Of a stretch of DNA of 64,000 bases, positions 37,393 through 47,277 are shown piece by piece. Origin of the DNA: an uncultured delta proteobacterium. GTDB taxonomy: Bacteria > Myxococcota_A > Polyangia > Fen-1088. Numbering within the stretch: position 1 is the first letter of the stretch; each line of letters begins with the position of its first letter. The notes beneath the pieces are model-generated. The model saw only the letters and a list, made by a program, of their open reading frames with translations, was not told where the DNA came from and did no database searches. The translations under genes and the position numbers were made by a program. The stretch spans positions 256,001-320,000 of the forward strand of contig CAVYGB010000006.1 of NCBI GenBank assembly GCA_963767925.1. Reading direction: 5' to 3'.

Positions 37393-38172
37393 ATGATCCC
37401 CTACTTCGATCAGCCGCGCCTGGCCCTGGGCCCCCTCACCATCCACGCCTTCGGCGTGCTGGTGGCGACCGCCGTGCTGGTGGGCTACCGGGTCTTCCGC
37501 CGGCAGGAGGACCGGCGCGGCCTGGACCGGCTGACCGGCGATCTCCTGTTCAGCTACATCGTCATGGCCGGGTTCGTGGGCGCCCACCTGGTCGACCGGC
37601 TGGTCTACTTCCCGGCCGAGACGCTGGACGACCCCTGGAGCCTCGTGCGCTTCTGGGACGGCCTCTCCTCGTTCGGCGGCTTCCTCGGCGCGGTGGTGGG
37701 GGCCTGGCTGTTCGCCCTGCGCCGGCGGCCCCCCGGGCTGGACGCCTGGCCCTATATCGACGCGGTCGCCTACGCCTTTCCGTTCGGCTGGATCTTCGGG
37801 CGCCTCGGCTGCTTCCTGGCCTTCGACCACCCGGGCGCGCCGACCGCCTTCGTGCTGGGGCAGCGTTACCGGGACGGCGTGATCCGCCACAACCTCGGCC
37901 TGGAGGAGGCCCTCTTCACGATCGCCCTGAGCGGCCTGTTCTTCCTGCTGGGGCGCCGGTCGCGCCCGGCCGGCTTCTACGTGGGCCTGCTGGCCATGGC
38001 CTACGCCCCCTTCCGGTTCGCCCTCGACTTCTGGCGCCTTGTCGATGTCCGCTACGGCGGGTTCACCCCCGGCCAGTGGGGGTGCCTGGCCCTCTTCCTG
38101 GTCGGCGCCTGGATCCTGCGCGTAAGCGCGCGCCGGCCGGCCCCGGTCACGACCCCGGCGCCGGCGGCCTGA
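37393..38172 (+). CDS. lgt: Prolipoprotein diacylglyceryl transferase family protein
   Basis: GPLTIHAFG, GLSSFGG, GRLGCF, RFALDFWR, TPGQW; multiple TM segments. Confidence 0.85.
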   Translation: MIPYFDQPRLALGPLTIHAFGVLVATAVLVGYRVFRRQEDRRGLDRLTGDLLFSYIVMAGFVGAHLVDRLVYFPAETLDDPWSLVRFWDGLSSFGGFLGAVVGAWLFALRRRPPGLDAWPYIDAVAYAFPFGWIFGRLGCFLAFDHPGAPTAFVLGQRYRDGVIRHNLGLEEALFTIALSGLFFLLGRRSRPAGFYVGLLAMAYAPFRFALDFWRLVDVRYGGFTPGQWGCLALFLVGAWILRVSARRPAPVTTPAPAA

Positions 38173-38256
38173 CCCCGGGTGCGAGGCGCGGCGCGGAGGG
38201 CGCCCTCGGGTCGGGCGCGGCATACTTGAAGGCCTGATCGAGGCACCGCTCCCATT

Positions 38257-38301
38257 GTTCGCCCTCGCCCCGCGGCAGCGGGGAGAGGGGGGGGTGAGGG
38301 G
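38257..38301. repeat. REP-like palindromic repeat, copy 1 of 3
   Basis: gttcgccctcgccccgcggcagcggggagaggg...ggggtgagggg, near-identical to 47218-47262; lies between convergent genes. Confidence 0.8.
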
Positions 38302-38348
38302 TCCGGTGGCCGCGGTCGAATCTGTTCGGTGCGCGCGGCCGCGCGCGG

Positions 38349-39650
38349 TCAGCCTCGTTTCCAGGGTTCCTGGCCGCGCCACTTGGCCCAGGGGTCGTAG
38401 TCGGGATCGGGGGGCTCGACGGGGGGGCGCTCGGCTTCGGGGATGGCGGCCAGGTTGACCCGGATGCGGGTCCAGGTTGTCGAGCGGCCGCGCATGCCGT
38501 CGACCAGGTAGTCGGTGGGGCCCAGGCGCGGCACCAGCTCGGGGTGGCGGGCCTTCCAGCGCTCGAGGCCGGCCAGGGCGTCGGCCTTCTCGAGGGCCTT
38601 GGCGACGGTGATCAGCGCCTTGTTGGCGCGGCCCGCGCCGGGCTGGCCGCGCCGCCGCGACGGCGCCACCCGGGCCGGCTCGTCCTCGGTCTTCTGGTAG
38701 TGGGGCGGCCAGGGGGCGTCGCCCTGCCCCTCCGACGCCTGCCGGGCGGACAGCTCGAGCAGGGTGTCCAGGCTGCCCGGGTGGCGATCGATCTCGGCCG
38801 CCGGATCGCCCACCGCCAGCAGGCGCGCCGGCACGGTCAGCAGCGTGAAGTCGGCCGGGTTGCAGACCGGCACCTCGTCCCAGGTCAGCGGGGTCGAGAC
38901 GCGGGCGTCGGGCACCGGGCGCACCGAATAGGCCCCGGCGGTGGTGCGGTCCTTGGCGTTCTGGTTGTAGTCGAGGAAGACGCCCTTGCGCTCCTCCTTC
39001 CACCAGGCGCTGGTGGCCAGCCCGGGGGCGCGCCGCTCCACCTCGCGGGCCACCGCCAGGGCCGCCCGCCGCACCTGCTCGAAGCGCCAGCGCGGGTGCA
39101 GGCGCACGTTGAGGTGCATGCCCCGCGACCCGGAGGTCTTGGCGAAGGAGACCAGGCCGTGTTCGGCCAGGACCTCCCGGCTCAGCAGCGCCACCCGGCG
39201 GATCTCGTCCCAGCCGACGTCCGGGGAGGGATCGAGGTCGATGCGCAGCTCGTCGGGGTGGTCGAGGTCGCTGGCCCGGATGGCGTGGGGGTGCAGCTCG
39301 ATGCACCCCAGGTTGGCCACCCAGGCGAGCTGGGCGGCGTCGCGCAGCACCACCTCGGTCGCGGTGCGCCCCGAGGGGAAGGAGATGGTGACGGTGTCGA
39401 TCCAGTCGGGGCGCTTGTCGGGGGCCCGCTTCTGGTAAAAAGCCGGGCGCTCCGCGCCGTCGACGAAGCGGCGCAGGACGATGGGGCGCCCGCCGTTGTG
39501 CCGCAGGGCCACGTCGGCCACCTCGAGGTAATAGCGGACGAGCTGGAGCTTGCTGTAGCCGGCTTGCGGGAAGTAGATCTTGTCCGGGTTGCTGACCACG
39601 ACCTCGCGGCCAGCCACCGGCAACACCTCGCTCTTCTTCTTGGCGCTCAC
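38349..39650 (-). CDS. LigD polymerase-domain (PolDom, AEP primase-polymerase) protein with C-terminal extension
   Basis: SNPDKIYFP, FYQK, ANLGCIELH, PDELRIDLDP, KTSGSRGMH, FLDYNQN, AYSVR. Confidence 0.92.
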   Translation of the reverse strand: MSAKKKSEVLPVAGREVVVSNPDKIYFPQAGYSKLQLVRYYLEVADVALRHNGGRPIVLRRFVDGAERPAFYQKRAPDKRPDWIDTVTISFPSGRTATEVVLRDAAQLAWVANLGCIELHPHAIRASDLDHPDELRIDLDPSPDVGWDEIRRVALLSREVLAEHGLVSFAKTSGSRGMHLNVRLHPRWRFEQVRRAALAVAREVERRAPGLATSAWWKEERKGVFLDYNQNAKDRTTAGAYSVRPVPDARVSTPLTWDEVPVCNPADFTLLTVPARLLAVGDPAAEIDRHPGSLDTLLELSARQASEGQGDAPWPPHYQKTEDEPARVAPSRRRGQPGAGRANKALITVAKALEKADALAGLERWKARHPELVPRLGPTDYLVDGMRGRSTTWTRIRVNLAAIPEAERPPVEPPDPDYDPWAKWRGQEPWKRG

Positions 39651-39679
39651 GCAGCTCCCCCGGCGATCATGGCTCTATC

Positions 39680-40804
39680 ATGCCGCAGCGATTTTACCCC
39701 CCCACCCGCCGCCAGCTCCTGCGCGGTCTGCTCGCCGCACCCCTGGTCAGACCGGAGGGGAACCCTCCCAGGGTTCCGCAGAAGATGAAACAGGAACCGC
39801 TGGAGCCAGCCTACGCGCTCGTCGACGAGGCGGTGAAGGCCGGCAAGGTGCAGGCGGCCGTGCTGCAGGTGCAGGCGGGCAAGACCACCTATCTGCGGGC
39901 CTTCGGCAGCGCCCGCACCAAGACGGTCTTCCTGCTGGCCTCGATCACGAAGCCGATGACGGCCGCGGCGGTGATGGCCCTCGTGGAGGCCGGGCGCCTG
40001 TCGCTCGACGATCCGGCCCAGAAATACGTGCCCGAGCTCGAGGGGCCAGAACGGGCGCGCATCAGCGTGCGCAGCCTGCTCGACCACAGCTCGGGGCTGC
40101 CCGACATGCCGCCGGACAACCTGGAGCTGCGGCGCCGCCAGGCCCCCCTGGCGGAGTTTCTCACCAGCGCCTGCCGGGCGCCGCTCCTGTTTCCCCCGGG
40201 CAGCGCGATCCGCTACCAGAGCATGGGCTTCCTGGTGGCCGGCACCATCGTGGAGCGGCTGACCGGCCTGCCCCTGCGCGAGCACCTGCGCAAGGTGCTG
40301 CTGGCCCCCCTGGCCCTGGCCGACACCTCGCTGGGCCTCGGTGGGCGGGCCCTGGCCGACACCGCGCCCTGTCAGGTGCCCGACGACCCGGGCGGCTGGA
40401 ACAGCCCCTACTGGCGCGACCTGGGCTCGCCCTGGGGCGGGGCCCACGGCACCGCCGCCGACCTGGTCCGCTGGCTGCGGTTCTTCGCCGCCCCCACCCC
40501 GACCCCCGGCACCCTCGAGCCGGAGACGGCCCGCGCGATGTCGACCCCCTCGGGTCCGGCCGGGAGCCGCGATCGGTACGGGCTCGGGTTCCGCCTGGAA
40601 ATGGGGGCCAAGGGCTGCAGCGAGCGGACCTTCGGGCACGGGGGCGCAACCGGGACCCTCGCCTGGACCGACCCGACCCGCGACCTCACCTTCGTCCTGC
40701 TGACGACCTGGCCGGCGGCCCAGTCCCAGGGCCCGCTGCTGACGCCGGTCTCCGAAGCGGTGGCGGCGGCCCTGATCGCGCCTCAGCCGGGAAAGCGCCG
40801 GTAG
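39680..40804 (+). CDS. Serine hydrolase, beta-lactamase class C/PBP-like family
   Basis: ASITK (SxxK), LLDHSSGL, YQS, FGHGG; TRRQLL Tat-like N-terminus. Confidence 0.88.
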   Translation: MPQRFYPPTRRQLLRGLLAAPLVRPEGNPPRVPQKMKQEPLEPAYALVDEAVKAGKVQAAVLQVQAGKTTYLRAFGSARTKTVFLLASITKPMTAAAVMALVEAGRLSLDDPAQKYVPELEGPERARISVRSLLDHSSGLPDMPPDNLELRRRQAPLAEFLTSACRAPLLFPPGSAIRYQSMGFLVAGTIVERLTGLPLREHLRKVLLAPLALADTSLGLGGRALADTAPCQVPDDPGGWNSPYWRDLGSPWGGAHGTAADLVRWLRFFAAPTPTPGTLEPETARAMSTPSGPAGSRDRYGLGFRLEMGAKGCSERTFGHGGATGTLAWTDPTRDLTFVLLTTWPAAQSQGPLLTPVSEAVAAALIAPQPGKRR

Positions 40805-41685
40805 TCCGTGCCGGCGTGGGCCTGCCCGAACCGTTCGGGGTGGAGCATCTCGGCCAGGCGGGGGATGGTGGCGAACAGGCTGGGGCTCGAGCGGTTGAAG
40901 TAGAGGTTGCCGTCGGCGGCGTAACAGCGGCCGGCCGCGACGGCCTTCAGGGAGGCGAAGCCGGGACGGCGGGCCAGGGCGGGCAGCTCGGACAGGGCGC
41001 GTTCCAGGCCCCAGCCACAGGGCGCCACCACGAGGACGTCGGGATCGGCCGCCACCACGTCCTCCCAGGTGATGGTCCGGGAGTGGACGCCGAGGCTGCC
41101 GAGCAGGTCCTCGCCGCCGGCCAGGGCGACCAGCTCCGGGCCCCAGTTGCCCATGGCGAAGGGAGGATCGATCCACTCCAGGCAGACCACCCGCGGGCGG
41201 GGCAGCCCGGCGGTGCGCGCGCGCCAGCCGTCCAGCTCCGCGCGCAGGCGGGCGACAAGGGCGGCGCCGGCCTCCGGTCGGCCGATCACTTCGGCGACGG
41301 CCTGGAAGTCGGCCAGCACGCCGGCGAGGGTCCCCCCCTGGAAGGTCGCCACCCGCTGCCGGGCCGGGGTGGGCGCGCCCAGGGCCCCGGGACCCACCGC
41401 GCACACCTCGCAGTGGGTCTGGGTGATCACCACGTCGGGGGCCAGCGCGGCCAGCGCCGCCTCGTCGACCTGGTAGAGCGCTTCGCCCGCCCGGAGCTTG
41501 TCTCGCACGCGGCGGTCGATCTCCGCCGAGGTGCCGGCGATGTCGAAGGTGGGGCGGGAGAGCGCCGGCAGCCGCGTGACCCAGGGCGGGTGGTCGCACT
41601 CGTGCGAGCGGCCCAGCAGCTCGTCCCCCGCGCCGAGGGCCACCGCCAGCTCGGTTCCGCTGGCCAGCAACGAGACGATTCGCAT
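40783..41685 (-). CDS. BtuF-like cobalamin/iron ABC substrate-binding protein
   Basis: Start MRIVSLLASGTE (41685); GRSHECD, LEWIDP, PCG, DGNLYFNR. Confidence 0.85.
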   Translation of the reverse strand: MRIVSLLASGTELAVALGAGDELLGRSHECDHPPWVTRLPALSRPTFDIAGTSAEIDRRVRDKLRAGEALYQVDEAALAALAPDVVITQTHCEVCAVGPGALGAPTPARQRVATFQGGTLAGVLADFQAVAEVIGRPEAGAALVARLRAELDGWRARTAGLPRPRVVCLEWIDPPFAMGNWGPELVALAGGEDLLGSLGVHSRTITWEDVVAADPDVLVVAPCGWGLERALSELPALARRPGFASLKAVAAGRCYAADGNLYFNRSSPSLFATIPRLAEMLHPERFGQAHAGTDYRRFPG

Positions 41686-41690
41686 GGACG

Positions 41691-42635
41691 CTAGCGGCCG
41701 GCGATGGAGAGGCGATCGGTGCCGGGGAAGGTGGGCGGGACCGGGATGGTCACCGTGCCGGTGGCGGCCCACTGCACGCTGCGGGTGAAGACGGTGCGGA
41801 AGCCGACGCAGTCGAGGGCGTCGCTGTCGGCCTGATCCCGCCACTGGTGCCCCAGCATGGTGGTGACCACCTGGCCCTTGCCGAAGGGGATCACCCAGGT
41901 CATGGGCTCGTGCTGGCCGCTGCCGCCCCCCTCGACCGAGGAGAAGGCGCTGTCGAGGACGAGCATGTCGGCCGCCGGCCCGCGCTGGCCGTGCGAGAGC
42001 TGGTCCTTGCCGTGCAGCCACTCCGCGGGCAGGCCCGCCATGATCGGGTGCTGCGGCTGGCGGACCTTCACCTTGAAGACGTGGGAGGGCCCGTGCCCCG
42101 CCCCCAGCCCCTCCCCCTTCGGCGTGCGCACCGGCGCGCCGGTGGCGTCGTCGATGGTGAGGCGGTCGCCGTAGTCCGGCTTGCGCCAGCCGAGGCCGAT
42201 CATCCGGTTGAAGGCGGGCCACTCGGGGAAGGGGTTGTTGGCGGCGTGGACCATCACCGCCCCGCCACCGCCGGCGACGAAGGCCTCGAAGTCCCGCTGC
42301 ACCTCGGCCGGCCAGGCCTCGCCGTTGTAGTTGCTGACCACCACCTGGTGGGCGCGGAAGTCGGGACGGAAGCTCTGCCAGGCAGCGGGCGGGCTGCCCT
42401 TGTCCGGCGCGGTGGCCACCCGGGTCTCGAACAGCCCCGCCGCGGCCAGCGCCTGCTGCAGGCGCTCGGTGGTGCGGCGCCAGTCGTGGTTGTTCTGCCC
42501 GTCGACGATGAGCACCGCGATCGGCCGGGACGGCTCGACCGGGGCCGGGGGGGCGGCCGGCCCGCCCGTGGAGGCACAGGCCAGGCCCAGCAGGGAGAGC
42601 GGAAGGGCGAACCGGGCGGCGGCGCTGGCTTTCAC
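41691..42635 (-). CDS. ThuA-like (class I GATase fold) lipoprotein
   Basis: Lipobox-like LGLAC; DGQNNHDW, HAANN, HPIM, GKGQVVTTMLGH. Confidence 0.8.
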   Translation of the reverse strand: MKASAAARFALPLSLLGLACASTGGPAAPPAPVEPSRPIAVLIVDGQNNHDWRRTTERLQQALAAAGLFETRVATAPDKGSPPAAWQSFRPDFRAHQVVVSNYNGEAWPAEVQRDFEAFVAGGGGAVMVHAANNPFPEWPAFNRMIGLGWRKPDYGDRLTIDDATGAPVRTPKGEGLGAGHGPSHVFKVKVRQPQHPIMAGLPAEWLHGKDQLSHGQRGPAADMLVLDSAFSSVEGGGSGQHEPMTWVIPFGKGQVVTTMLGHQWRDQADSDALDCVGFRTVFTRSVQWAATGTVTIPVPPTFPGTDRLSIAGR

Positions 42636-42682
42636 GGGGGCCAGTCTACCCCCCGGCCGGGAGGCTGGGGCATACTCGGCGC

Positions 42683-43603
42683 ATGACCGCAAGCAAGGCC
42701 GCAGGTGTCACCCGGCGGCCGCTGGGCGCCACCGGCGTCGACGTGTCCATCCTCTGCCTCGGGGGCTACCACCTCGGCAACTTCGCCCGCCCGGAGGACT
42801 GCAGCCGGCTGGTGCACGAGGCCATGGACGCCGGCGTCGACTTCTTCGACAACGCCTGGGAGTACCACGGGGGCCGCAGCGAGGAGCGGCTGGGAGAGGC
42901 GCTCGTCGGCCGGCGCGACAAGGCCTTCGTGATGACGAAGGTCTGCACCCACGGCCGCGACAGGAAGGTGGCCATGCAGCAGCTCGAGGAGTCGCTGCGC
43001 CGCCTGCGCACCGACTACCTCGACCTGTGGCAGATCCACGAGTGCGTCTACCCGGACGAGCCGGCCAAGCACTTCGCCCCCGACGGCGCGGTGGAGGCGC
43101 TGACCCGGGCCAAGCAGCAGGGCAAGGTCCGCTTCGTCGGCTTCACCGGGCACAAGGACCCGGCCATCCACCTCGACATGCTGGCCCGGGGTTACCCCTT
43201 CGACGTCTGCCAGCTCCCGCTCAACTGCTTCGACCCCCACTTCCGCAGCTTCGAGCGCCAGGTCCTGCCGGAGCTGGCCCGCCAGAACATCGCCGCCCTC
43301 GGCATGAAGAGCATGGGCGGCGACGGCCAGCTCATCCGGGAGGGGGGCGTGCGCCCGGAGGACGCCCTCCGCTATGTGCTGAGCCTCCCGGTGGCCGCGC
43401 TGGTCAGCGGCATCGACACCCCCGAGGTGCTCCGCAAGAACCTGGCCCTCACCCGCGACTTCCAACCGCTGACCGACGCCGAGATGACCGACCTGCGCGC
43501 CCGCCACGCTGCCCGGGCCGGCGACGGCGCCCTGGAACAGTACAAGACCACCCGCAACTACGACGGCATCCCCGGCCAGCAACAACACGGCCTGCTGCCC
43601 TGA
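42683..43603 (+). CDS. Aldo/keto reductase
   Basis: LGGYH, FFDNAWEY, MTK, SLRRLRTDYLDLWQIH, GKVRFVGFTGH. Confidence 0.93.
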   Translation: MTASKAAGVTRRPLGATGVDVSILCLGGYHLGNFARPEDCSRLVHEAMDAGVDFFDNAWEYHGGRSEERLGEALVGRRDKAFVMTKVCTHGRDRKVAMQQLEESLRRLRTDYLDLWQIHECVYPDEPAKHFAPDGAVEALTRAKQQGKVRFVGFTGHKDPAIHLDMLARGYPFDVCQLPLNCFDPHFRSFERQVLPELARQNIAALGMKSMGGDGQLIREGGVRPEDALRYVLSLPVAALVSGIDTPEVLRKNLALTRDFQPLTDAEMTDLRARHAARAGDGALEQYKTTRNYDGIPGQQQHGLLP

Positions 43604-43621
43604 CGGCAGACCGCGGGCGGG

Positions 43622-44215
43622 TTAACGGCGGAAGGGGGGGCCGGCGGCGCGGCCGGCGTTGCGGGTGGGGGCGGGCTCGGCGCCGTCGGGGTCGAGGCGG
43701 TTGAGCCAGCGGACCGTCACCATGCGCAGCTTGATCTGGCGGGGAAACCGGGTCCGCACGAAGCGGCGCAGCTCCTGCACCGAGGCTCCCTCGCGCCGGC
43801 GCTCGAACAGCTCGTTCACGGCCGGAGGGACGGCGACGTTGGCCCGCGCCAGGTCGTTGAGCAAGACCAGCTCGGAGCTGGAGTGCAGGGCCCGCTGCAT
43901 GCCCGCCGGGCTGGTCGGCTCGGAGGTGGGGTTCTCCAGGGCGGCTGCCCCGATGCGGTCGGGGGCCGGACGGCCCCGGCGGGTCCGCGGGGGGAGCAGC
44001 TCGATCTGGGGCGCGGACGGCCGCCGCTCGATCTGGGCCCGGGTGGCCGCCGGAGGCATACCGTCCTCGCCGGACGTGTCCTCCGAGCCCCTGCCGGCTA
44101 TCCACAAGATGCCCGCGACGAGCACGAGCGATGCCCCGACGAGCAAGATTCCCGGCCGAAACCTCCGGCCGGCCCCCTGGCCGATGACCCTCGCGTGCGT
44201 GCGACCGCGTTCCAT
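43622..44215 (-). CDS. Hypothetical single-pass membrane protein
   Basis: AGGAG SD before ATG 44215; TM segment ILLVGASLVLVAGILWI. Confidence 0.65.
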   Translation of the reverse strand: MERGRTHARVIGQGAGRRFRPGILLVGASLVLVAGILWIAGRGSEDTSGEDGMPPAATRAQIERRPSAPQIELLPPRTRRGRPAPDRIGAAALENPTSEPTSPAGMQRALHSSSELVLLNDLARANVAVPPAVNELFERRREGASVQELRRFVRTRFPRQIKLRMVTVRWLNRLDPDGAEPAPTRNAGRAAGPPFRR

Positions 44216-44339
44216 GATGCTCCTGCTTTCTTGGAGGCCCTGCCGCAATGAGACGGGGTAAGCCGGAGGGTCGAGTTTCGCCAAACCACCCACATCCGCA
44301 AGGACAAAGCGGCGGGGTCCGGTTTCCCCGCACCTGTCT

Positions 44340-44791
44340 TTACACGACAGGCGGATTTGACACGCGTGCCCACCCTGACTCCCCCGGAAGGCGCCCCGCC
44401 GGAGAAGTGTGACGGGAGCCTACACGACGAGACGCTGCATGTCGCGCGCGGGACACCGCCAGCAGCTCTTCCCCGGCGGGCGTCTCGTCGGGCGGGTCGA
44501 GCCAGGCCCGCGGCTCCCAGCGCCGCCGGCGCTTGAGGTGCTCGCTGGCGACCTTGAAGGCGATGCCGCCCAGCCAGGGTCGCAGCGGCCGCCCGGGGTC
44601 GTAGGCGCCCAGCGCCGCCAGGTCACCAGGAACACGTCCTGGGCCAGGTCCTCGGCGTCCGAGGGGCTGACGCCGTGGCGCAGGAGGGCCCGGTGGACGT
44701 AATCGAGCTCGTCCTCGAAGGCGCGCACGCAGGCCGCCGCCGCCGACCGTGTCGCCGCGTCGCCCCGCGGGCTGGTGCCTGCTCGCCGCAT
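44340..44791 (-). pseudogene. Frameshifted and truncated ECF sigma factor (region 2 only)
   Basis: DYVHRALLRHGV...DAEDLAQDVFLVTWRRW, frameshift at ~44609, then YDPGRPLRPWLGGIAFKVASEHLKRR. No region 4 before TAA at ~44340. Confidence 0.75.
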
Positions 44792-44829
44792 GATCGCCGT
44801 CTCTCTATAAGTGGCGGGGCCCCCAGCTT

Positions 44830-46215
44830 TCACGTCGGCGGCGTGACGACGATCTGCACCCGGTTGCCGTCGACGACACATCGACGCAGGACGTCCACCA
44901 CGTCCTTGCGCGAATACCGCGCCGCCTCGCTGGCGGTCTTGCCGAGGTCGGCGCGCTTCTGCCCGCGGTTGTCGAAGCCCTCGAGCGCGCTGGCCCAGTG
45001 GGCCGCCTTGAGCTCGGCGGCCCGGGCCTCCGCCTGCAGCTCGGTGCGCGCCGCCGCCAGCTCCGCGGCGTCCGGTCCCTGCCTGGCCAGCCGCTCGACA
45101 AGGGCGCGCGCCTGGCGGGCCACCTCCGCCGCCCGGGCCGGCTCCACCTGCAAGGTGGCCCCCAGCCAGCGGCGCCCGGGAAACCCGGGCGGCAGCACCA
45201 CGGCGACGTCGACCCCGGGCTGCAGGTCGCGGGCCAGCCGGGCGCGCAAGATCCGGCCGGCGACCTGCAGGACCCGCTCGCCCCGCCCGTCGATCTGCGC
45301 CGGCACCCGCCAGCCGACCCGCACCCGCGCGCCCGAGCCGGCGCCCGTATCGGCGACGGTGACGGCCTGCTCGCGGGGCCCGGGGGCGGCCACCCGCTCG
45401 CGCCGGGCGGTGAGCTGAGAGTCGCGCAGCTTGCGCCGCGGGACCGACCCGAAGTACTTGAGCCCGAGCGCCAGCAGGTCGTCTCGCGGCAGGTTCGCCG
45501 CCAGCGCCACCTCGAGCGGCGCCTCGCGGACCTCGGTCTCCAGCCAGGCCTGCGCCGCCGCCAGGGTCAGCCGATCGATCTGCTCGGCGGTGGGTGGCCG
45601 GGCCGCCTCCCCCTCGGGCGCGAGCGCGGCGGCCGTGCTGGCCTCGAGCTGCTGGGCGGCGTCCTTGTCGAACGTGCGGGCCCGGGCGACGGCCTGGCTC
45701 TTCCACACCCGGAAGGCCTCCTCGTCGAGGCGGCCCTCGGTCAGCAGCAGGTGGCCGAGGCGCAGGGCCTCCTCGAGCTGGGCCTGACTGGTGCCGATCC
45801 GCAGGACGAGGGCGTCGGCCGCCCCTTCGCCGCTGGTGGTGACGTGCTTGCCGCGGAAGTGCTCGCGGATGGCCGCCGCCGGCAGGCGGGCGCTGTGGGG
45901 GTGGGAGAAGGCGACCGCGGCGGCGTCGGCGATGCCCCGGTTGGCGTCGGTCTCGCGCAGCTCACCCCCGGCCAGCACCACGCTGACCGAGACGGCCCCG
46001 TCGGGATTGGCGATGCTGCGCGCGTGCACCCGCACGCCGTTGGCCCCGGTGGCCGAGGCCAGCCCCAGCGCGTTGACGTCCTCGCGCACCACCACCCCGG
46101 AGGCGGGGGGATTCTTGGCCAGCAGGTCGGCCGCGCCGGCGGCGGGGGCCGGCAGCAGCGCCAGGGCCCAGGCCAGCACCGGCCACGGGGTTCTCGGCAA
46201 GCTCGTGGGTCGCAT
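44830..46215 (-). CDS. M16 (insulinase)-family protein, probably non-catalytic half
   Basis: Signal peptide; ANGVRV...GGELRE; no HxxEH; typical C-terminal SRKDVVDVLRR. Confidence 0.7.
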   Translation of the reverse strand: MRPTSLPRTPWPVLAWALALLPAPAAGAADLLAKNPPASGVVVREDVNALGLASATGANGVRVHARSIANPDGAVSVSVVLAGGELRETDANRGIADAAAVAFSHPHSARLPAAAIREHFRGKHVTTSGEGAADALVLRIGTSQAQLEEALRLGHLLLTEGRLDEEAFRVWKSQAVARARTFDKDAAQQLEASTAAALAPEGEAARPPTAEQIDRLTLAAAQAWLETEVREAPLEVALAANLPRDDLLALGLKYFGSVPRRKLRDSQLTARRERVAAPGPREQAVTVADTGAGSGARVRVGWRVPAQIDGRGERVLQVAGRILRARLARDLQPGVDVAVVLPPGFPGRRWLGATLQVEPARAAEVARQARALVERLARQGPDAAELAAARTELQAEARAAELKAAHWASALEGFDNRGQKRADLGKTASEAARYSRKDVVDVLRRCVVDGNRVQIVVTPPT

Positions 46216-46293
46216 GGGGGGCCGAGTCTAGCCGGATCCGGAAAAGCAGGCGGAAGGGAGAAAGCGGGGGGGGCCTGGTGGTATCTTCCGCCC

Positions 46294-47058
46294 ATGCGAA
46301 GCGCGCTCTGCACGTTGGTGTTCGCGACCGTGTCGCTGGTGGGCTCGGTCCGCAGCCAGGCCGCCGAACCGGCTACCTCGGCCAAGGCGACCTCGCCCCG
46401 CAAGGCGGTCACCCTGTTCAACGGCAAGGACCTGGCCGGATGGCGGACCGACGTCCCCGCCAAGGACACCGATCCCAGGACGCCCGACAGCTTCGTCGTG
46501 CGCAACGGGTTGCTGGTCAGCCTCGGCAACCCCAAGGGGCACCTCATCACCGACGCCAGCTACCGCGACTACCGCCTCGAGGTGGAGTACCGCTTCCCCG
46601 GCGCGGGGGGCAACTGCGGGGTGCTGGTGCACGCCTCGACCCCCCGGGCGCTGTACAAGATGTTCCCGAAGTCGATCGAGGTGCAGATGAAGAGCGGCGA
46701 CGCCGGAGACTTCTGGGTCATCGCCGAGGACATCCAGGCGCCCGACATGGAGACCCGCCGGCCCCGCAAGGACGGTCAGAAGTGGGGCGGCACCGAGGCC
46801 GACGCCCGCCGCATCATCAACCTCACCGACGACTCGGAGAAGCCCCTCGGGCAGTGGAACAACATGGTGGTCGAGGCCCGCGCCGACACGATCAAGGTCT
46901 GGGTCAACGGCCACCTGGTCAACGAAGGGACCGGGGCCACCGCCAGCAGCGGACAGATCGCCCTGCAGGCCGAGGGGACCGAGGTCGAGTTCCGCAAGGT
47001 CGAGATCGGCCCCCTGCCCAAGGCCACCGCCAAGCCAGCCAAGCAAGCCAGCAACTGA
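46294..47058 (+). CDS. DUF1080 / 3-keto-disaccharide hydrolase family protein
   Basis: LFNGKDLAGW, YRLEVEYR, IEVQ, GQWN, VWVNG, GQIALQAEG, FRK. Confidence 0.9.
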   Translation: MRSALCTLVFATVSLVGSVRSQAAEPATSAKATSPRKAVTLFNGKDLAGWRTDVPAKDTDPRTPDSFVVRNGLLVSLGNPKGHLITDASYRDYRLEVEYRFPGAGGNCGVLVHASTPRALYKMFPKSIEVQMKSGDAGDFWVIAEDIQAPDMETRRPRKDGQKWGGTEADARRIINLTDDSEKPLGQWNNMVVEARADTIKVWVNGHLVNEGTGATASSGQIALQAEGTEVEFRKVEIGPLPKATAKPAKQASN

Positions 47059-47088
47059 CCGCCGCCGCCCGGACGGGCCGAGCGGAGT

Positions 47089-47262
47089 CCCCTCACCCCC
47101 TTTCTCTCCCCGCTGCGCGGGGCGAGGGCGAACGCTCGGCGAGGTGCCTGGATCAGCTTCCAGGCCGACTCTGCCGCGGCTCGCGGCTTGCTCGAGATCC
47201 CCGCTCCCCCATTGCCCGTTCGCCCTCGCCCCGCGGCAGCGGGGAGAGGGAGGGGTGAGGGG
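47089..47262. repeat. Inverted pair of REP-like repeats (47089-47133 and 47218-47262)
   Basis: The two units are near reverse complements of each other and match 38257-38301; they lie between convergent genes. Confidence 0.8.
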
Positions 47263-47277
47263 TCTGCGGCGGTGTGA

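Noticed and set aside
34657..39306. 1549-aa minus-strand ORF
   Set aside because: Antisense to asmA/lgt and off-frame over PolDom; low-complexity translation.
39680..40804. Serine hydrolase as a prodrug-activating or resistance peptidase for the cluster
   Set aside because: 7 kb outside the cluster among unrelated genes, no ClbP-like TM tail; no linking evidence.
44341..44428. 8-bp direct repeat tacacgac near the sigma truncation
   Set aside because: Too short to support a target-site duplication; no mobile element between the copies.
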